DNA of 32,000 bases from Candidatus Electrothrix sp. GW3-4. Its GTDB lineage: Bacteria > Desulfobacterota > Desulfobulbia > Desulfobulbales > Desulfobulbaceae. Positions 22,673-32,000 of the stretch are shown here, piece by piece. The notes under the pieces are model-generated. The model saw only the letters and a list, made by a program, of their open reading frames with translations. It searched no databases and had not been told where the DNA came from. Position 1 is the stretch's first letter; each line of letters opens with the position of its first letter. The translations under genes and the position numbers were made by a program. The stretch covers positions 1,470,001 through 1,502,000 of the forward strand of contig NZ_CP147990.1 in assembly GCF_037902255.1 (NCBI RefSeq), in the 5' to 3' direction.

Positions 22673-25600
22673 TCAAGGCGTTGAACTATGCCCTTCTCCC
22701 CACCCACCCCCACCTGGCGTACAAATCCGCAACCGATCTCCAGCCTCAGCCTGAATAGTATTCTTCCCACCCAGATTGAGCCGTCTACCGTTTTTCCGAA
22801 TGAAAAGATTCTCTCCTTGCTTTCCATCTCCACCACCGTTCAAGCCATAAGGCGCAAAGACCCTGCGTTCCGAGAGGATGGAGACCTGCAAGGGTTCCAG
22901 GAATTCCAGTTCCCGAACCAGGCCATTGCCTCCCCAGAAGGTGCCCGTTCCCCCGGAACCCCGGCGCAGAGAAAATTCCCTGACCAAAACAGGATAGCGG
23001 CGTTCCAGTATTTCCGGGTCGGTGATCCGGGTATTGGTCATGTGGGTGTGGACACCGGACTGACCGTGCCAGCTCGGTCCGGCCCCGGCTCCGCCGCCGA
23101 TGGTTTCGTAATAGCCGAAGCCTTCATTGCCGAAGCAGAGGTTATTCATGCAGCCCTGGGAGGCCGCTGCTACCCCGAAGGCCCGAAGCACCACATCCAC
23201 CACCCGCTGGGAGGTAAGCACATTGCCGCCTACCACTGCCGCTTCCGGTGAGGGATCGAGCAGGGAACCGGGCGGGATGATCAGGCGGACAGGGATGAGG
23301 CAGCCGTGATTGAGCGGGATATCCTTTTCCACCAGACAGCGCAGGCTGTAGAGCAGGGCGGAGCGGGTCACGGCCTTTGGTGCGTTCAGATTGCCCCAAA
23401 GCTCCGGCCCGGTGCCGCTAAAGTCAAAGGTAGCAGAACCATCCTTGCGGTCGATGGTCAGGCGGAGGCGGATGAGACTGCCGTCGTCCAGATAATCCAC
23501 GGCCTCGACCATGTCCTGTTCACCATCCTGCTCAGCCATGCCCCGCTGCAAGGAAAGCTCGCAGAGCGCCTTGCGCACCGCTGCCTCGGCAGTATCCTGA
23601 ACATGGCCCATATAGGCCTGGACCGCCTCCAGGCCGTAGTCCGCCACCATGCCGAGGATCAGATCAATACCCTTCTGATTGGCAGCAACCTGGGCCCGAA
23701 GGTCGGAAATATTATCTGCCAGCCTGCGGGTACCGCTGCTGCCCGGTCCTGTGCTTGTGAGCAGAAGTTCCGAGATGCCCTTTTCCTGAAATACGCCTTC
23801 TCGCACCAGCCGGAACGACTCGATAGCAGCTCCTTCTTCACTGAGAAGGCGGGAATGGGGCGGCATGGAACCGGGTGAGATGCCGCCGATATCGGCATGA
23901 TGTCCTCTGCTGGCGACCCAGAAGATAATTCTGTCACGGCCTGATCCGTTCTCTTGCTGAAAGACCGGGGTAATCACCGTGATGTCCGGCAGATGACTGC
24001 CCCCGGCTGCCGGATGATTGCTCACCAGCACGTCACCGGGTTGCAGGTCCGGGCACCGCCGGATCTGTGCCTGCACGGCCTTGCTCATGGAGCCGAGATG
24101 GACCGGGACATGAGGGGCATTGGCAACCAGCTGCCCTGCGGTATCAAACAGGGCGCAGGAAAAGTCCAGCCGTTCCCGTATATTGGTGGACACCGCCGTC
24201 TTTTGCAGCATCCGACCCATCTGCTCGGCAATGGACATGAACAGGTTGGCAAAGACCGAGAGCCGTACCGGATCAAGTACCGTACTGACGGCCTCCTGCT
24301 GCCTGCGGCCCACCTCAATCTCCACATCCCCGTAGCTGCTGATACGGGCAATGCAATCCGGCTCCACCACGATGGTGGCGGTATCCTGGATCAGGATGGC
24401 CGGGCCGGGAATTGCATGCCCGGCCAGCAGGGTATCCATTCTATACAGAGGCGTGTCCCGCTCTCCCTCTGTAAACCAGACCCGCACCCGAGCCTGCTGC
24501 ACAGGCGGGGCCTCTGCCTCCGGGACAGACTGCTTTTCCACCCTGCCTGCCTGGCCTGCAGAACGCACCCGCAGATCATCAATCAGCACAGCACGGTCCT
24601 GAAGGGTAAAGCCGAATTCCCGTTGATAGGCGGCTCGGAAGGCTGCGCCATAATCACCGTCCTCCGGCTCTGCAATCATCAGGGCGGTGTCCGTGCCTGC
24701 ATAGCGCAGATTAAGGAAGCATTGACCGGTGATCCGTTCTCGGGGAATCCCCTGCTCCAGCAGCTCCTGTTCGGTAGCGGCCCGGAGCAGGGCAAGCTCG
24801 TCCCGCATAGTCTGCAAGGACTTCGACCCTAACTCGGCAGCAGCGGGTTGCCGTTGATCCACCGTGGTATCGGCCATGCCCATGCCGCAGGCGGAGAGGA
24901 TGCCGGAAAAGCGATGCACCACCACCTTGCGAATCCCCAGGATGCGGGCCACGGAACAGGCATGTTGGGCACCGGCTCCCCCGAACACAGCCAGGACATG
25001 CTCGCGGATATCAAAGCCGCGCATCACCGAGATCTCCCGGATGGGCCGCACCATGACCTCATCCGCCACCCGGAGAAAGCCCAGAGCCACCTCCTCCACT
25101 GTCAAGGGGGCATGACCCTGTTCGCTGTACGAGGCATTGATTGTTGCGGTCAGCTCGGCAAAGGCATTGCAGGCCGCTTCCTTATCCAGGGGCTGTTCCT
25201 CGTCAGGGCCGAAGATGCAGGGGAAGTATTCCGGTTGCAGACGACCGAGCACCAGGTTGGCATCGGTCACGGTGAGATAGCCGTTCTTGCGGTAACAGAT
25301 CGGGCCGGGATGGGCACCTGCCGACTCCGGCCCCACCCGAAACATACCATTGTCAAAGAAGAGGCGTGAGCCTCCGCCTGCTGCCACGGTGCGGATATCG
25401 AGCTGCGGGGCATGGATACGCACCCCGGCAGTGCAGTTGGCAAAGGTCAGCTCAGGTTCTCCGGCAAAGCGGGACACATCCGTGGATGTGCCGCCCATGT
25501 CAAAGCCGATCACCGGCTCTTTGCTGCTCGGATTCCAGACACCCCTGCCATAGCCTATCACTCCGCCCGCAGGCCCGGAAAGCACGGCCCGTGATCCTGT

Positions 25601-26455
25601 GAAATTATCAGCCCGGGCCAGGCCGCCGTCGGACTGCATAAACAGGAGCTTGTTATCCGTTAATCCGCCTGCAAAGCCGGAGCGAAAGCTGTCCAGATAG
25701 GCGCGGATATGCGGGGTGAGGTAGGCATCCACCAGGGTTGTATCGCCGCGCGAAACCAGTCTGACTGCGGGCATGACCTGAGAGGAGAGGGAGACCTGCG
25801 CAAAGCCCAGCCGGCGGGCCAGTTCGCCGACCTGCTCCTCATGCTGCGGGCAACTGTAGGCATGGGCAAAGACCACGGCCACTGAGCTGATGCCTTGGTC
25901 CAGGATGGCCTGCAAGCGGGGTCGCAGGGCCTCAATATCCGGGGCGGCCAGCACGGCAAAACGCTCGCCCGTGCTGCCCATGATGATTTTGCGTCCTAAG
26001 CCCTCTTGCCGGGTGGCTTCCAGATCATCCTTAATGAGCAAGAGGCGTTCCTCCACCTCAAGAACCTCCTCGTACAAGAGGTCGGGCTTGACGATTTTGA
26101 GGTCAAAGAGGTCAGGCCGATCCTGATAGCCGATCTGGAGGATATCACCAAAGCCCTTGGTGGTGATCAGAGCGGTGCGGGCACCCTTGCGTTCCAGCAG
26201 GGCATTGGTGGCCACGGTGGTGCCCATGCGAATCCACTCAATACGGGAGCTGTCCAGTAGACCGTCCTTCAGGGAAATACCGAACTCGGCCAGAATGCGG
26301 CGGATACCCTCGCGGGGAGCATCCGGGTAATTGGCCGGGTCTTCAGAGAGCAGCTTGATGGTGCGGAAACCGGGTTCACCTGGAACCTCGGCGTAGACAT
26401 CGGTAAAGGTGCCGCCCCGGTCTATGGAGAAGCGGAATTGTCCTGTTGCTGGCAT
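22673..26455 (-). CDS. 5-oxoprolinase (ATP-hydrolysing), fused hydantoinase A/B (HyuA-HyuB) type
   Basis: 1260 aa. The N-terminus [17 protein letters not shown] and [12 protein letters not shown] are hydantoinase A motifs. The C-terminal half ([61 protein letters not shown]) is hydantoinase B/oxoprolinase. Confidence 0.92.
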   Translation of the reverse strand: MPATGQFRFSIDRGGTFTDVYAEVPGEPGFRTIKLLSEDPANYPDAPREGIRRILAEFGISLKDGLLDSSRIEWIRMGTTVATNALLERKGARTALITTKGFGDILQIGYQDRPDLFDLKIVKPDLLYEEVLEVEERLLLIKDDLEATRQEGLGRKIIMGSTGERFAVLAAPDIEALRPRLQAILDQGISSVAVVFAHAYSCPQHEEQVGELARRLGFAQVSLSSQVMPAVRLVSRGDTTLVDAYLTPHIRAYLDSFRSGFAGGLTDNKLLFMQSDGGLARADNFTGSRAVLSGPAGGVIGYGRGVWNPSSKEPVIGFDMGGTSTDVSRFAGEPELTFANCTAGVRIHAPQLDIRTVAAGGGSRLFFDNGMFRVGPESAGAHPGPICYRKNGYLTVTDANLVLGRLQPEYFPCIFGPDEEQPLDKEAACNAFAELTATINASYSEQGHAPLTVEEVALGFLRVADEVMVRPIREISVMRGFDIREHVLAVFGGAGAQHACSVARILGIRKVVVHRFSGILSACGMGMADTTVDQRQPAAAELGSKSLQTMRDELALLRAATEQELLEQGIPRERITGQCFLNLRYAGTDTALMIAEPEDGDYGAAFRAAYQREFGFTLQDRAVLIDDLRVRSAGQAGRVEKQSVPEAEAPPVQQARVRVWFTEGERDTPLYRMDTLLAGHAIPGPAILIQDTATIVVEPDCIARISSYGDVEIEVGRRQQEAVSTVLDPVRLSVFANLFMSIAEQMGRMLQKTAVSTNIRERLDFSCALFDTAGQLVANAPHVPVHLGSMSKAVQAQIRRCPDLQPGDVLVSNHPAAGGSHLPDITVITPVFQQENGSGRDRIIFWVASRGHHADIGGISPGSMPPHSRLLSEEGAAIESFRLVREGVFQEKGISELLLTSTGPGSSGTRRLADNISDLRAQVAANQKGIDLILGMVADYGLEAVQAYMGHVQDTAEAAVRKALCELSLQRGMAEQDGEQDMVEAVDYLDDGSLIRLRLTIDRKDGSATFDFSGTGPELWGNLNAPKAVTRSALLYSLRCLVEKDIPLNHGCLIPVRLIIPPGSLLDPSPEAAVVGGNVLTSQRVVDVVLRAFGVAAASQGCMNNLCFGNEGFGYYETIGGGAGAGPSWHGQSGVHTHMTNTRITDPEILERRYPVLVREFSLRRGSGGTGTFWGGNGLVRELEFLEPLQVSILSERRVFAPYGLNGGGDGKQGENLFIRKNGRRLNLGGKNTIQAEAGDRLRICTPGGGGWGEGHSSTP

Positions 26456-26560
26456 GGGTGCTTGTTGGTTGAGTCTGGGGTATGCGTTGCCTGTTCCGAG
26501 CCGCTATCCTATCATGCCGGGATGGGTGAGGCAAGGAGCGGGTGAGGCAAAGTTCGTCAT

Positions 26561-26721
26561 ACGTTGGAGCATCTCTTCAACGTACGTTGCAGTATCTCTC
26601 CAACGTAGCATGGAGAAAATCTCGATGCTAGCATGTAGAGTCTCTCCAACGTAGCATGTAGAAAGTCTCAATGCCAGCATGTAGAGTCTCTCCTACGTAG
26701 CATGGAAAATCCGTTCATGCA
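26561..26721. repeat. seven tandem 23-bp dyad units
   Basis: Units start at 26561, 26584, 26607, 26630, 26653, 26676 and 26699. Examples are ACGTTGGAGCATCTCTTCAACGT, AGCATGGAGAAAATCTCGATGCT and AGCATGTAGAGTCTCTCCAACGT. The array lies 106-266 nt upstream of the 5-oxoprolinase start. Confidence 0.85.
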
Positions 26722-26872
26722 TGCATGGAGTTTTCCCCGGTGCCGGGTTGGGGCCGTCCCGGATGCACATCTGGTTCTTCTTTTATCCTTGGATAACGGA
26801 CAGCTGGAAAATGACAATCAATTTGCCGGGGAGCGGGAGGAAATTAAGAAAAATGCCTGGAAAGAAGGGGCG

Positions 26873-26910
26873 ACCGGTTTCGTTCAAGTCTGAAATTGAA
26901 CAGAACCGGT
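26873..26910 (-). terminator. possible terminator hairpin for the 26945..27349 gene
   Basis: ACCGGTTTCGTTCAA / TTGAACAGAACCGGT form imperfect 15-nt arms with an 8-nt loop. It lies 35 nt downstream of the stop at 26945. The following minus-strand tract is only moderately T-rich. Confidence 0.35.
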
Positions 26911-26944
26911 GCCTTTGTATTGATGAGCAGTTTACACATACGGC

Positions 26945-27349
26945 TTAGAGTTCCGGCAGAATCTCCTTTGCAATATCCATCTGCAATTTCGGCTTGAGTG
27001 CTTGTCTTACTAATTGGGTCATGAGAGGTGTCATGATGTTAAATTCCATTGCATCTTTTATAGCCTGAGGTCTCTTGTCAATATTATTCAACATAATCTC
27101 TTTAACGAGTTGCTGTTGTGCTAACCTCGCCTTCTCGGCGGCTACATGGGTAGTTAAACCAGTATATCCCGGAGGCGGAGAACCTAAAAGGACGGTACCA
27201 TCTTTAAGGTGCTTTATTGCTTCAGTAAGTTCTCCTGGCTTAATATCTATTGTTATCGCTCTTGCGTTATTAGTAGTAGCAGCAACGAAAACAACCACCG
27301 CTACCGTCAGAATAAGTTTAAATATTTTCATCCTTCCACACTGTGTCAT
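26945..27349 (-). CDS. hypothetical secreted protein
   Basis: RBS AGGAGGAAGG lies 4 nt upstream of ATG 27349. Signal-like KIFKLILTVAVVVFVAATTNNARA. AT-rich codon usage. No family recognised. Confidence 0.6.
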   Translation of the reverse strand: MTQCGRMKIFKLILTVAVVVFVAATTNNARAITIDIKPGELTEAIKHLKDGTVLLGSPPPGYTGLTTHVAAEKARLAQQQLVKEIMLNNIDKRPQAIKDAMEFNIMTPLMTQLVRQALKPKLQMDIAKEILPEL

Positions 27350-27536
27350 CTGTCCTTCCTCCTATCTGTTGTCATATTATTACTCACAAAACTATATCTT
27401 ACTTTGAAGGATAGCGGTTTTAGCAGAACTTGTAAAATTTTTTTTACTGCACTAAAGATATAGAACCCAGATAAACCCGAAACCACCTCACACCAAGCTG
27501 CAAGAGCAGCGGTAACATAAAGCAAGGCCACCCACA

Positions 27537-27881
27537 ATGAAATACAACCACATCTACCTTTCCCCCCATTACGACGACGCAGCCCTGTCCTGCGGCGGTT
27601 CCATCCACAAGCAGACAAAGCAGCAGGAACCGGTTGCGGTCATCACCATCTTTGCCGGTGCGCCTGACCTGCCGAACGCAGCTCTGTCCAAGCTGGCACA
27701 GGCAGTGCATAAGGAATTCACCTTCCTTAACCCGAACCCTTCTCCGCAGGATATTGTGGCCGCCCGCCGTCAGGAAAATGAACAGGCCATGCTGTTCCTC
27801 GGAGCGGACAGTATCTGCCTTGAGCAGTTCCATGATAGCATCTATCGGGGGATTCCTGGGCAGAATATCTTTTTCTACTGA
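27537..27881 (+). CDS. PIG-L/LmbE family deacetylase, N-terminal part (ends at in-frame TGA)
   Basis: IYLSPHYDDAALSCGGSI is the PIG-L signature (PHxDD...GG). The ORF ends at TGA 27879-27881. Confidence 0.75.
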   Translation: MKYNHIYLSPHYDDAALSCGGSIHKQTKQQEPVAVITIFAGAPDLPNAALSKLAQAVHKEFTFLNPNPSPQDIVAARRQENEQAMLFLGADSICLEQFHDSIYRGIPGQNIFFY

Positions 27882-27884
27882 AGA

Positions 27885-28472
27885 ATGAAGGACATCTTAG
27901 GCGAGGTGCATCCGGGAGAAGCGGCAATCACGAAAGAGATAGGCAATGCTATTATCAGGCTGTCAGATAGGTACGATGCAGAGACGGTCTTTTATGCGCC
28001 GTTGGCCATCGGCAATCATATTGATCATCAGCTCATCCATCAGGTCGGACTTAGCCTGCATGATGCCGGACTGAAGGTGCTGTTCTACGAAGATTATCCC
28101 TATGCGGATATAAAGGAATACTTCAGGATTCCGTGCCGACTGCTCCTGGGTAGGGACAACGGACGGTTGAGGATGCTTGAACCGTTACTACTGTTGTTCT
28201 TTCTCCTGCTTGCCAAACAGGGCTGGCTGCCGGGGAAGAAATATCAATCGGTTGAGGAGCGGGCGGAAGAAGAAGGATTGATGGAGGAAACTATTCCCTT
28301 GTCCGAGCACGATATTACCGCGAAAAGCCACAGCGTTGCCGCCTATACCTCTCAGATTCCCATGCTGTTCGAAAACGAGGGTGTAATCCGGGAGAGATTC
28401 GCGCTTCGTGCCCGCTGCCTGGGTGGTGAACGGGTGTGGCGCAAAGGGATCTCTTCGCCACACTTTTATTAA
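27885..28472 (+). CDS. PIG-L/LmbE family deacetylase, C-terminal part
   Basis: Same reading frame as 27537..27881, separated only by TGA-AGA. It contains the second family motif GNHIDHQ (HxDH). Confidence 0.7.
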   Translation: MKDILGEVHPGEAAITKEIGNAIIRLSDRYDAETVFYAPLAIGNHIDHQLIHQVGLSLHDAGLKVLFYEDYPYADIKEYFRIPCRLLLGRDNGRLRMLEPLLLLFFLLLAKQGWLPGKKYQSVEERAEEEGLMEETIPLSEHDITAKSHSVAAYTSQIPMLFENEGVIRERFALRARCLGGERVWRKGISSPHFY

Positions 28473-28505
28473 TCTCTTTACTAGCAACAGGATAAGGAGC
28501 TCCAT

Positions 28506-28934
28506 ATGCCCCGTACTATTTGCCAACGATGTACCGGCTATCTCTATAACCTTGCCCGGCGTTTTATCCATTCCAGACAGAGTAGACTCCTGATCCTTCT
28601 CGGTGGGGCCCAGAATCAGAACATGAAGATCATCAAAAATGCGGTCAAGGAAAGCGGAGTAGAGGACGTGGTGGTGATTGATAATAAGGGGTTTGAGAAG
28701 TTTGTGGGCACAGATGGAGTCGGAAAGAAATTCGTTGTCAATGTCCATCATCCGGCCAACACCAAACATGTCTATAATAACAAGAAGAATTATAGTTCAA
28801 TCCTCTATAACTATTATGAGCAAAGAGGCTGGGATTTCCCGGTCGAGAGTTATGGCAAGACAAGCCTGAAGGCTATGGAAAAGACCAGGGCCTTTTATAG
28901 ATATCTTCAGCAGGTGGTCGCAATAATGAGATGA
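28506..28934 (+). CDS. hypothetical protein
   Basis: RBS AAGGAG lies 6 nt upstream of the ATG. 142 aa, no recognisable motifs. Probably co-transcribed with the deacetylase. Confidence 0.6.
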   Translation: MPRTICQRCTGYLYNLARRFIHSRQSRLLILLGGAQNQNMKIIKNAVKESGVEDVVVIDNKGFEKFVGTDGVGKKFVVNVHHPANTKHVYNNKKNYSSILYNYYEQRGWDFPVESYGKTSLKAMEKTRAFYRYLQQVVAIMR

Positions 28935-29029
28935 AGGGAAAAGGGGAGGAGAGTTTGTGGCGTTGTCAACAAGACTGGCCCGCGCAAGGAGGTTAAAGAG
29001 GTCAGCCTTGCTGAATGCTATTTTCAGGC

Positions 29030-29617
29030 TTAATACGGTTGCTGTCCTCTGATATTGCCGGGCTTCTTGTACTGGCAAACCCAGATTTGACCCTTATCGG
29101 TACAAACAACCATGCCACAGCCCACCTCACTGGTGTCCTTCCAGACCACCTGGGTGTAATGGCCACATTCCCCCCCATGACAGGAGTTTGACTTCTCGTC
29201 ATACCATTTTTTCTCCTCCCCCCAGCTGTCCACCACCTTTTCCGGGCTTATCTGCTGCATTTCTGTTTCTAACCCATTAGATGTACTCATTTTTGAGAGA
29301 GGACCCGCATAGTAGATGTTTTCACCGTACTCCTGGGCCTGACTATGCCGCATGGCGCAGCGCCCTTTTAAGGAGTCTGCCCATGCCTGCGAACTCTTTG
29401 CCAGACTGTCTGACCATTGCAGGCCCGGGGAACCGACCTCTGTTCGCCATTTATTATGGGCTGCAACTAAGGCAGACGGATCAAAAGAATTACCAACAGA
29501 GTCGGATGAGGCCATGCTGGTGGCGCCTATTGCGCTGGTACAGGCGGTTATTCCGAACAAGGCAAGCAGCCCCCCCATACTTCTCCCTAAAAGTCGACCA
29601 CGACAACGAGCTTTCAT
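29030..29617 (-). CDS. CAP/SCP/PR-1 domain lipoprotein
   Basis: Preferred start is ATG 29617 with RBS AGAGGAGAG; the track ORF extends to 29797. Lipobox LFGITAC. CAP motifs are AAHNKWR, YGENIYY, GHYTQVVWKDTSEVGCG and VCQYKKPGN. Confidence 0.85.
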   Translation of the reverse strand: MKARCRGRLLGRSMGGLLALFGITACTSAIGATSMASSDSVGNSFDPSALVAAHNKWRTEVGSPGLQWSDSLAKSSQAWADSLKGRCAMRHSQAQEYGENIYYAGPLSKMSTSNGLETEMQQISPEKVVDSWGEEKKWYDEKSNSCHGGECGHYTQVVWKDTSEVGCGMVVCTDKGQIWVCQYKKPGNIRGQQPY

Positions 29618-29872
29618 AATACTCTCCTCTTTCGGGTTACCATGATTATTTATCGAGCTGGAAGGCCCAATCATTGTTCTGCACCCTCTTCCCTGGCCTG
29701 TTTCTAGGGCGTAATGATGCCGTAAGTAAGTATGGAAGATGCAGGTGCATTCTCTCTTTTTGAGCAGCATGATACCAGAGTTGTCTGGCCTGGGCAAGAG
29801 GGGATAAGTTAAATTTGGGGGAGATATTGGGAGGTTGTTTTGGGTAAAACATGCTCTGTAAAAAATAATTCC

Positions 29873-31132
29873 CTACTGCCCGAATAAGATTCCTACGGTT
29901 GTACCGGTCAAGCAGGTGGCCAAGGTACCGGCAATAATCGAACGAATTCCTAGTGAAACGATCTCTTTTTTTCGGTCTGGTGCCATGGTTCCCATGCCGC
30001 CAATCATGATACCGAGGCTGCCAAAGTTGGCAAATCCGCATAAGGCATAGGTGAGAATGACGATACTGCGCGGTGACAAGGTTTCTGAAGGGAGTTTCGC
30101 GAGCTCCATGTAGGCAAGGAATTCATTAAGAACGGTCTTGATGCCAAGTAAGGAGCCTGCTGGTACGGCTTCCTGCCAGGGAATCCCCATGAGCCAGGCC
30201 ACAGGGGCCATGATATATCCTAAGGCCCTCTGCATGGTCACCGGGGCGCCCAAGAAATCAGGACACAGGCCCAAGAACAGATTAACGAGATGAATAAGGG
30301 AAACCAAGACCACCAGCATGGCTGTGATATGAAGGAAAAGGCCGACACCATCCGCTGTCCCCTGGGTAATGGCATCCATACTGCTCTTTGCCTCTTGGGC
30401 AGGGAGCATATCGCCTCCGGTGAGGTCTTCGGTCTCCGGGATCATGATGCGGGCTACAGTGATGGCAGCTGGTACACTGATGATGGAGGCGGTAAGGACA
30501 TGACCAGCTGCATCAGGAAGGAGTTTATCCAATATCGTGACATAGAGGATCAGGACAGTACCGGCAATGGTGGCCATACCGCAGGTCATGGTGGCAAAGA
30601 GTTCACTTCGGGTCATGCGGGCAAGATAGGGTCTGATCAGAAGGGGGGATTCGACCATGCCGAGAAAGATATTGGCAGAAGCCCCAACAGCAAGGGCCCC
30701 ACCGATGCCCATGGTCTTCTGAAAAAGGCTGGAAAAGAGACGGACCAGGGCGGGCAGGATACGCCAGTAGGTCAGCAGGGCAGATAAGGCGCTCATGACC
30801 AGGATGATGGGCAGGGCCTGAAAGGCGAGGATAAAGCTGGCTCCAGGGAAGGGCTCGCTAAACGGCAAGTCTCCGCCGCCGATATAGCCAAAGGCAAAGG
30901 AGGTGCCTGCTTTTGTCGCCTCTTGGAGGAGCAGTACGCCCTTATTCAGAACCAGAAAGACCTCCTTGCTGAAAGGAAGTTTGAGTAACAAAGCTGCAAG
31001 CATAAGCTGAATCAGCAGGCCTGCGCAGACTTGCTTGATGCGTACCTGTTTTTTGTTTTCACTGAACAACCATGCCAGCAGGCAAAGGGCGGTCATGCCT
31101 GCGAGTCCACGTATTACGTAGTGAGTATTCAT
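29873..31132 (-). CDS. nupC: concentrative nucleoside transporter, NupC family
   Basis: 419 aa, polytopic. Family motifs are GTSFAFG, MTRSELFATMTCGMATIAG, NEFLAY and ALCGFANFGSLGIMIGG. Confidence 0.88.
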   Translation of the reverse strand: MNTHYVIRGLAGMTALCLLAWLFSENKKQVRIKQVCAGLLIQLMLAALLLKLPFSKEVFLVLNKGVLLLQEATKAGTSFAFGYIGGGDLPFSEPFPGASFILAFQALPIILVMSALSALLTYWRILPALVRLFSSLFQKTMGIGGALAVGASANIFLGMVESPLLIRPYLARMTRSELFATMTCGMATIAGTVLILYVTILDKLLPDAAGHVLTASIISVPAAITVARIMIPETEDLTGGDMLPAQEAKSSMDAITQGTADGVGLFLHITAMLVVLVSLIHLVNLFLGLCPDFLGAPVTMQRALGYIMAPVAWLMGIPWQEAVPAGSLLGIKTVLNEFLAYMELAKLPSETLSPRSIVILTYALCGFANFGSLGIMIGGMGTMAPDRKKEIVSLGIRSIIAGTLATCLTGTTVGILFGQ

Positions 31133-31376
31133 TTAAAAAAACCTATATCTTATTCCAATTGCAGGACCTCTCATGTCCTGATACGGTTTCTTGGTATAAT
31201 CAAGGGGGAAATATCTGGCAATGTTTTTCAGTAAAGGGCCGGACCCTCTTGATCTGTTCTTTCCCGTTGTGTTTTTCTTGATACCAGCAGGCGTCTTTCG
31301 TTTGCTTTTCTCGTTAAAACATTATACTGTTCTCAAATAATCGAGACAAAAATCAATCTTTATTGCAGGGGTAGCT

Positions 31377-31856
31377 ATGGAATTTGTTTCTCCTCTTATA
31401 GAATCTGTTTCTCCTGTTCTTATCTGGTTTCTCCTGGGAATTGTTTTCTTTGTTACAGAGTTGATTCTTCCGGGATTTATTCTTTTTTTTCTCGGTATTG
31501 GGGCGTGGTTTACCGCTTCGGTTCTGGCCTTGACCGAGGTGTCTTTGACCGTGCAGATGATTATTTTTCTGGTCAGCTCTCTTGTTACCCTGATTTTACT
31601 TCGTTCCTGGCTTCACTCTATCTTTTTTGGTGATTCCAACGAAGAAGATGATTCCGTTAATGTGGATGACGCTCCTGCAACCGGCATTGTGACAGAGGCT
31701 ATTATGCCTCCAGGGCTGGGACGGGTCAAGTACGGAGGTTCTTTTTGGCAGGCAACAGCAGATGAGTCGATTTCTGTGGATACAGTTGTTCGAATCATCG
31801 AAAGAAAAAATCTCATCGTTCATGTCTCCCCTCTGCATGCTGAAGAAACAGTATAA
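31377..31856 (+). CDS. NfeD family membrane protein
   Basis: Three N-terminal TM helices, then a C-terminal OB-fold-like segment (GRVKYGGSFWQATADESISVDTVVRIIERKNLIVHVSP) typical of NfeD. Confidence 0.85.
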   Translation: MEFVSPLIESVSPVLIWFLLGIVFFVTELILPGFILFFLGIGAWFTASVLALTEVSLTVQMIIFLVSSLVTLILLRSWLHSIFFGDSNEEDDSVNVDDAPATGIVTEAIMPPGLGRVKYGGSFWQATADESISVDTVVRIIERKNLIVHVSPLHAEETV

Positions 31857-32000
31857 ATGGGTTACCTTGTTGGATTTGCTGCCTTTATAGGCGTAGCTAT
31901 TCTTGCCGGTGTTTTTTTTGCGAATATTTTTCTTGGGATTATTGCTTGTGGGTTCCCTTTTTTGGGATCTTTAAAGAAAGAAGAAAAACCCGAGACGCCA
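31857..32000 (+). CDS. hypothetical membrane protein, 3' end outside window
   Basis: ATG 31857 lies directly after the NfeD stop. The frame is open to the window end (MGYLVGFAAFIGVAILAGVFFANIFLGIIACGFPFLGSLKKEEKPETP). It is not on the ORF track. NfeD genes are usually followed by an SPFH gene, but this N-terminus is not diagnostic. Confidence 0.3.
   Translation, partial: MGYLVGFAAFIGVAILAGVFFANIFLGIIACGFPFLGSLKKEEKPETP

Noticed and set aside
26873-26915. tRNA-like TTCAAGT loop (cgTTCAAGTct) suggesting a tRNA or tRNA fragment as an integration site
   Set aside because: The flanking bases do not form a T-arm stem. There is no acceptor stem or anticodon arm. It is better explained as part of a long imperfect terminator hairpin.
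27879-27960. Selenocysteine insertion at the in-frame TGA of the PIG-L deacetylase
   Set aside because: Reading the ~50 nt downstream, I found no stable stem-loop at the expected distance. I also know of no Sec-containing member of this family. It is kept only as a minor alternative in the findings.

Overview
The window is about 32 kb of bacterial chromosome, moderately GC-rich with several clearly AT-rich patches, carrying about 30 genes on both strands.

**Housekeeping and metabolic genes**
- ABC-F ATPase, 5' end cut by the window edge
- FKBP-type PPIase
- Three-gene operon of a NifX/NifB-like protein plus two MinD-type ATPases with ferredoxin inserts
- DUF190 protein
- Amino-acid ABC transporter (fused binding-protein/permease plus ATPase)
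- CoA-disulfide-reductase-like flavoprotein with a rhodanese domain
- UbiA-family prenyltransferase
- VanZ-like protein
- 1260-aa fused 5-oxoprolinase
- PIG-L/LmbE deacetylase
- CAP/PR-1 domain lipoprotein
- NupC nucleoside transporter
- NfeD protein

This gene content looks like an anaerobic, sulfate-reducer-like deltaproteobacterium. That is only a guess.

**Most interesting loci**
1. 12760-15062: a translationally coupled gene pair. A 122-aa helical protein ends in a ~20-aa motif (GDGNIFSGTGNVTVTK). That motif is repeated at the extreme N-terminus of the downstream NB-ARC STAND ATPase (GSDNIFSGSGPVTVNK). This is the architecture of NLR/amyloid-signalling cell-death modules. The pair sits next to an AT-rich island and a Uma2 nuclease gene.
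2. 2750-5728: a signal-peptide / WD40 propeller / caspase (C14) gene, broken into three ORFs by two opposite-sign 1-nt frameshifts.
3. 2526-2656 and 26561-26721: two unlinked intergenic arrays of exactly phased 23-bp dyad (hairpin) units. The first is bracketed by two identical 28-bp perfect palindromes.
4. 5959-6045: a decayed second copy of the ABC-F 3' end, about 4.4 kb downstream of the intact gene. It brackets the caspase segment like an old insertion scar.
5. 27879-27881: an in-frame TGA splitting the PIG-L deacetylase gene.

I found no rRNA, tRNA, CRISPR array, transposase or integrase. All functional calls rest on motifs read by eye from the supplied translations. No database search was run.
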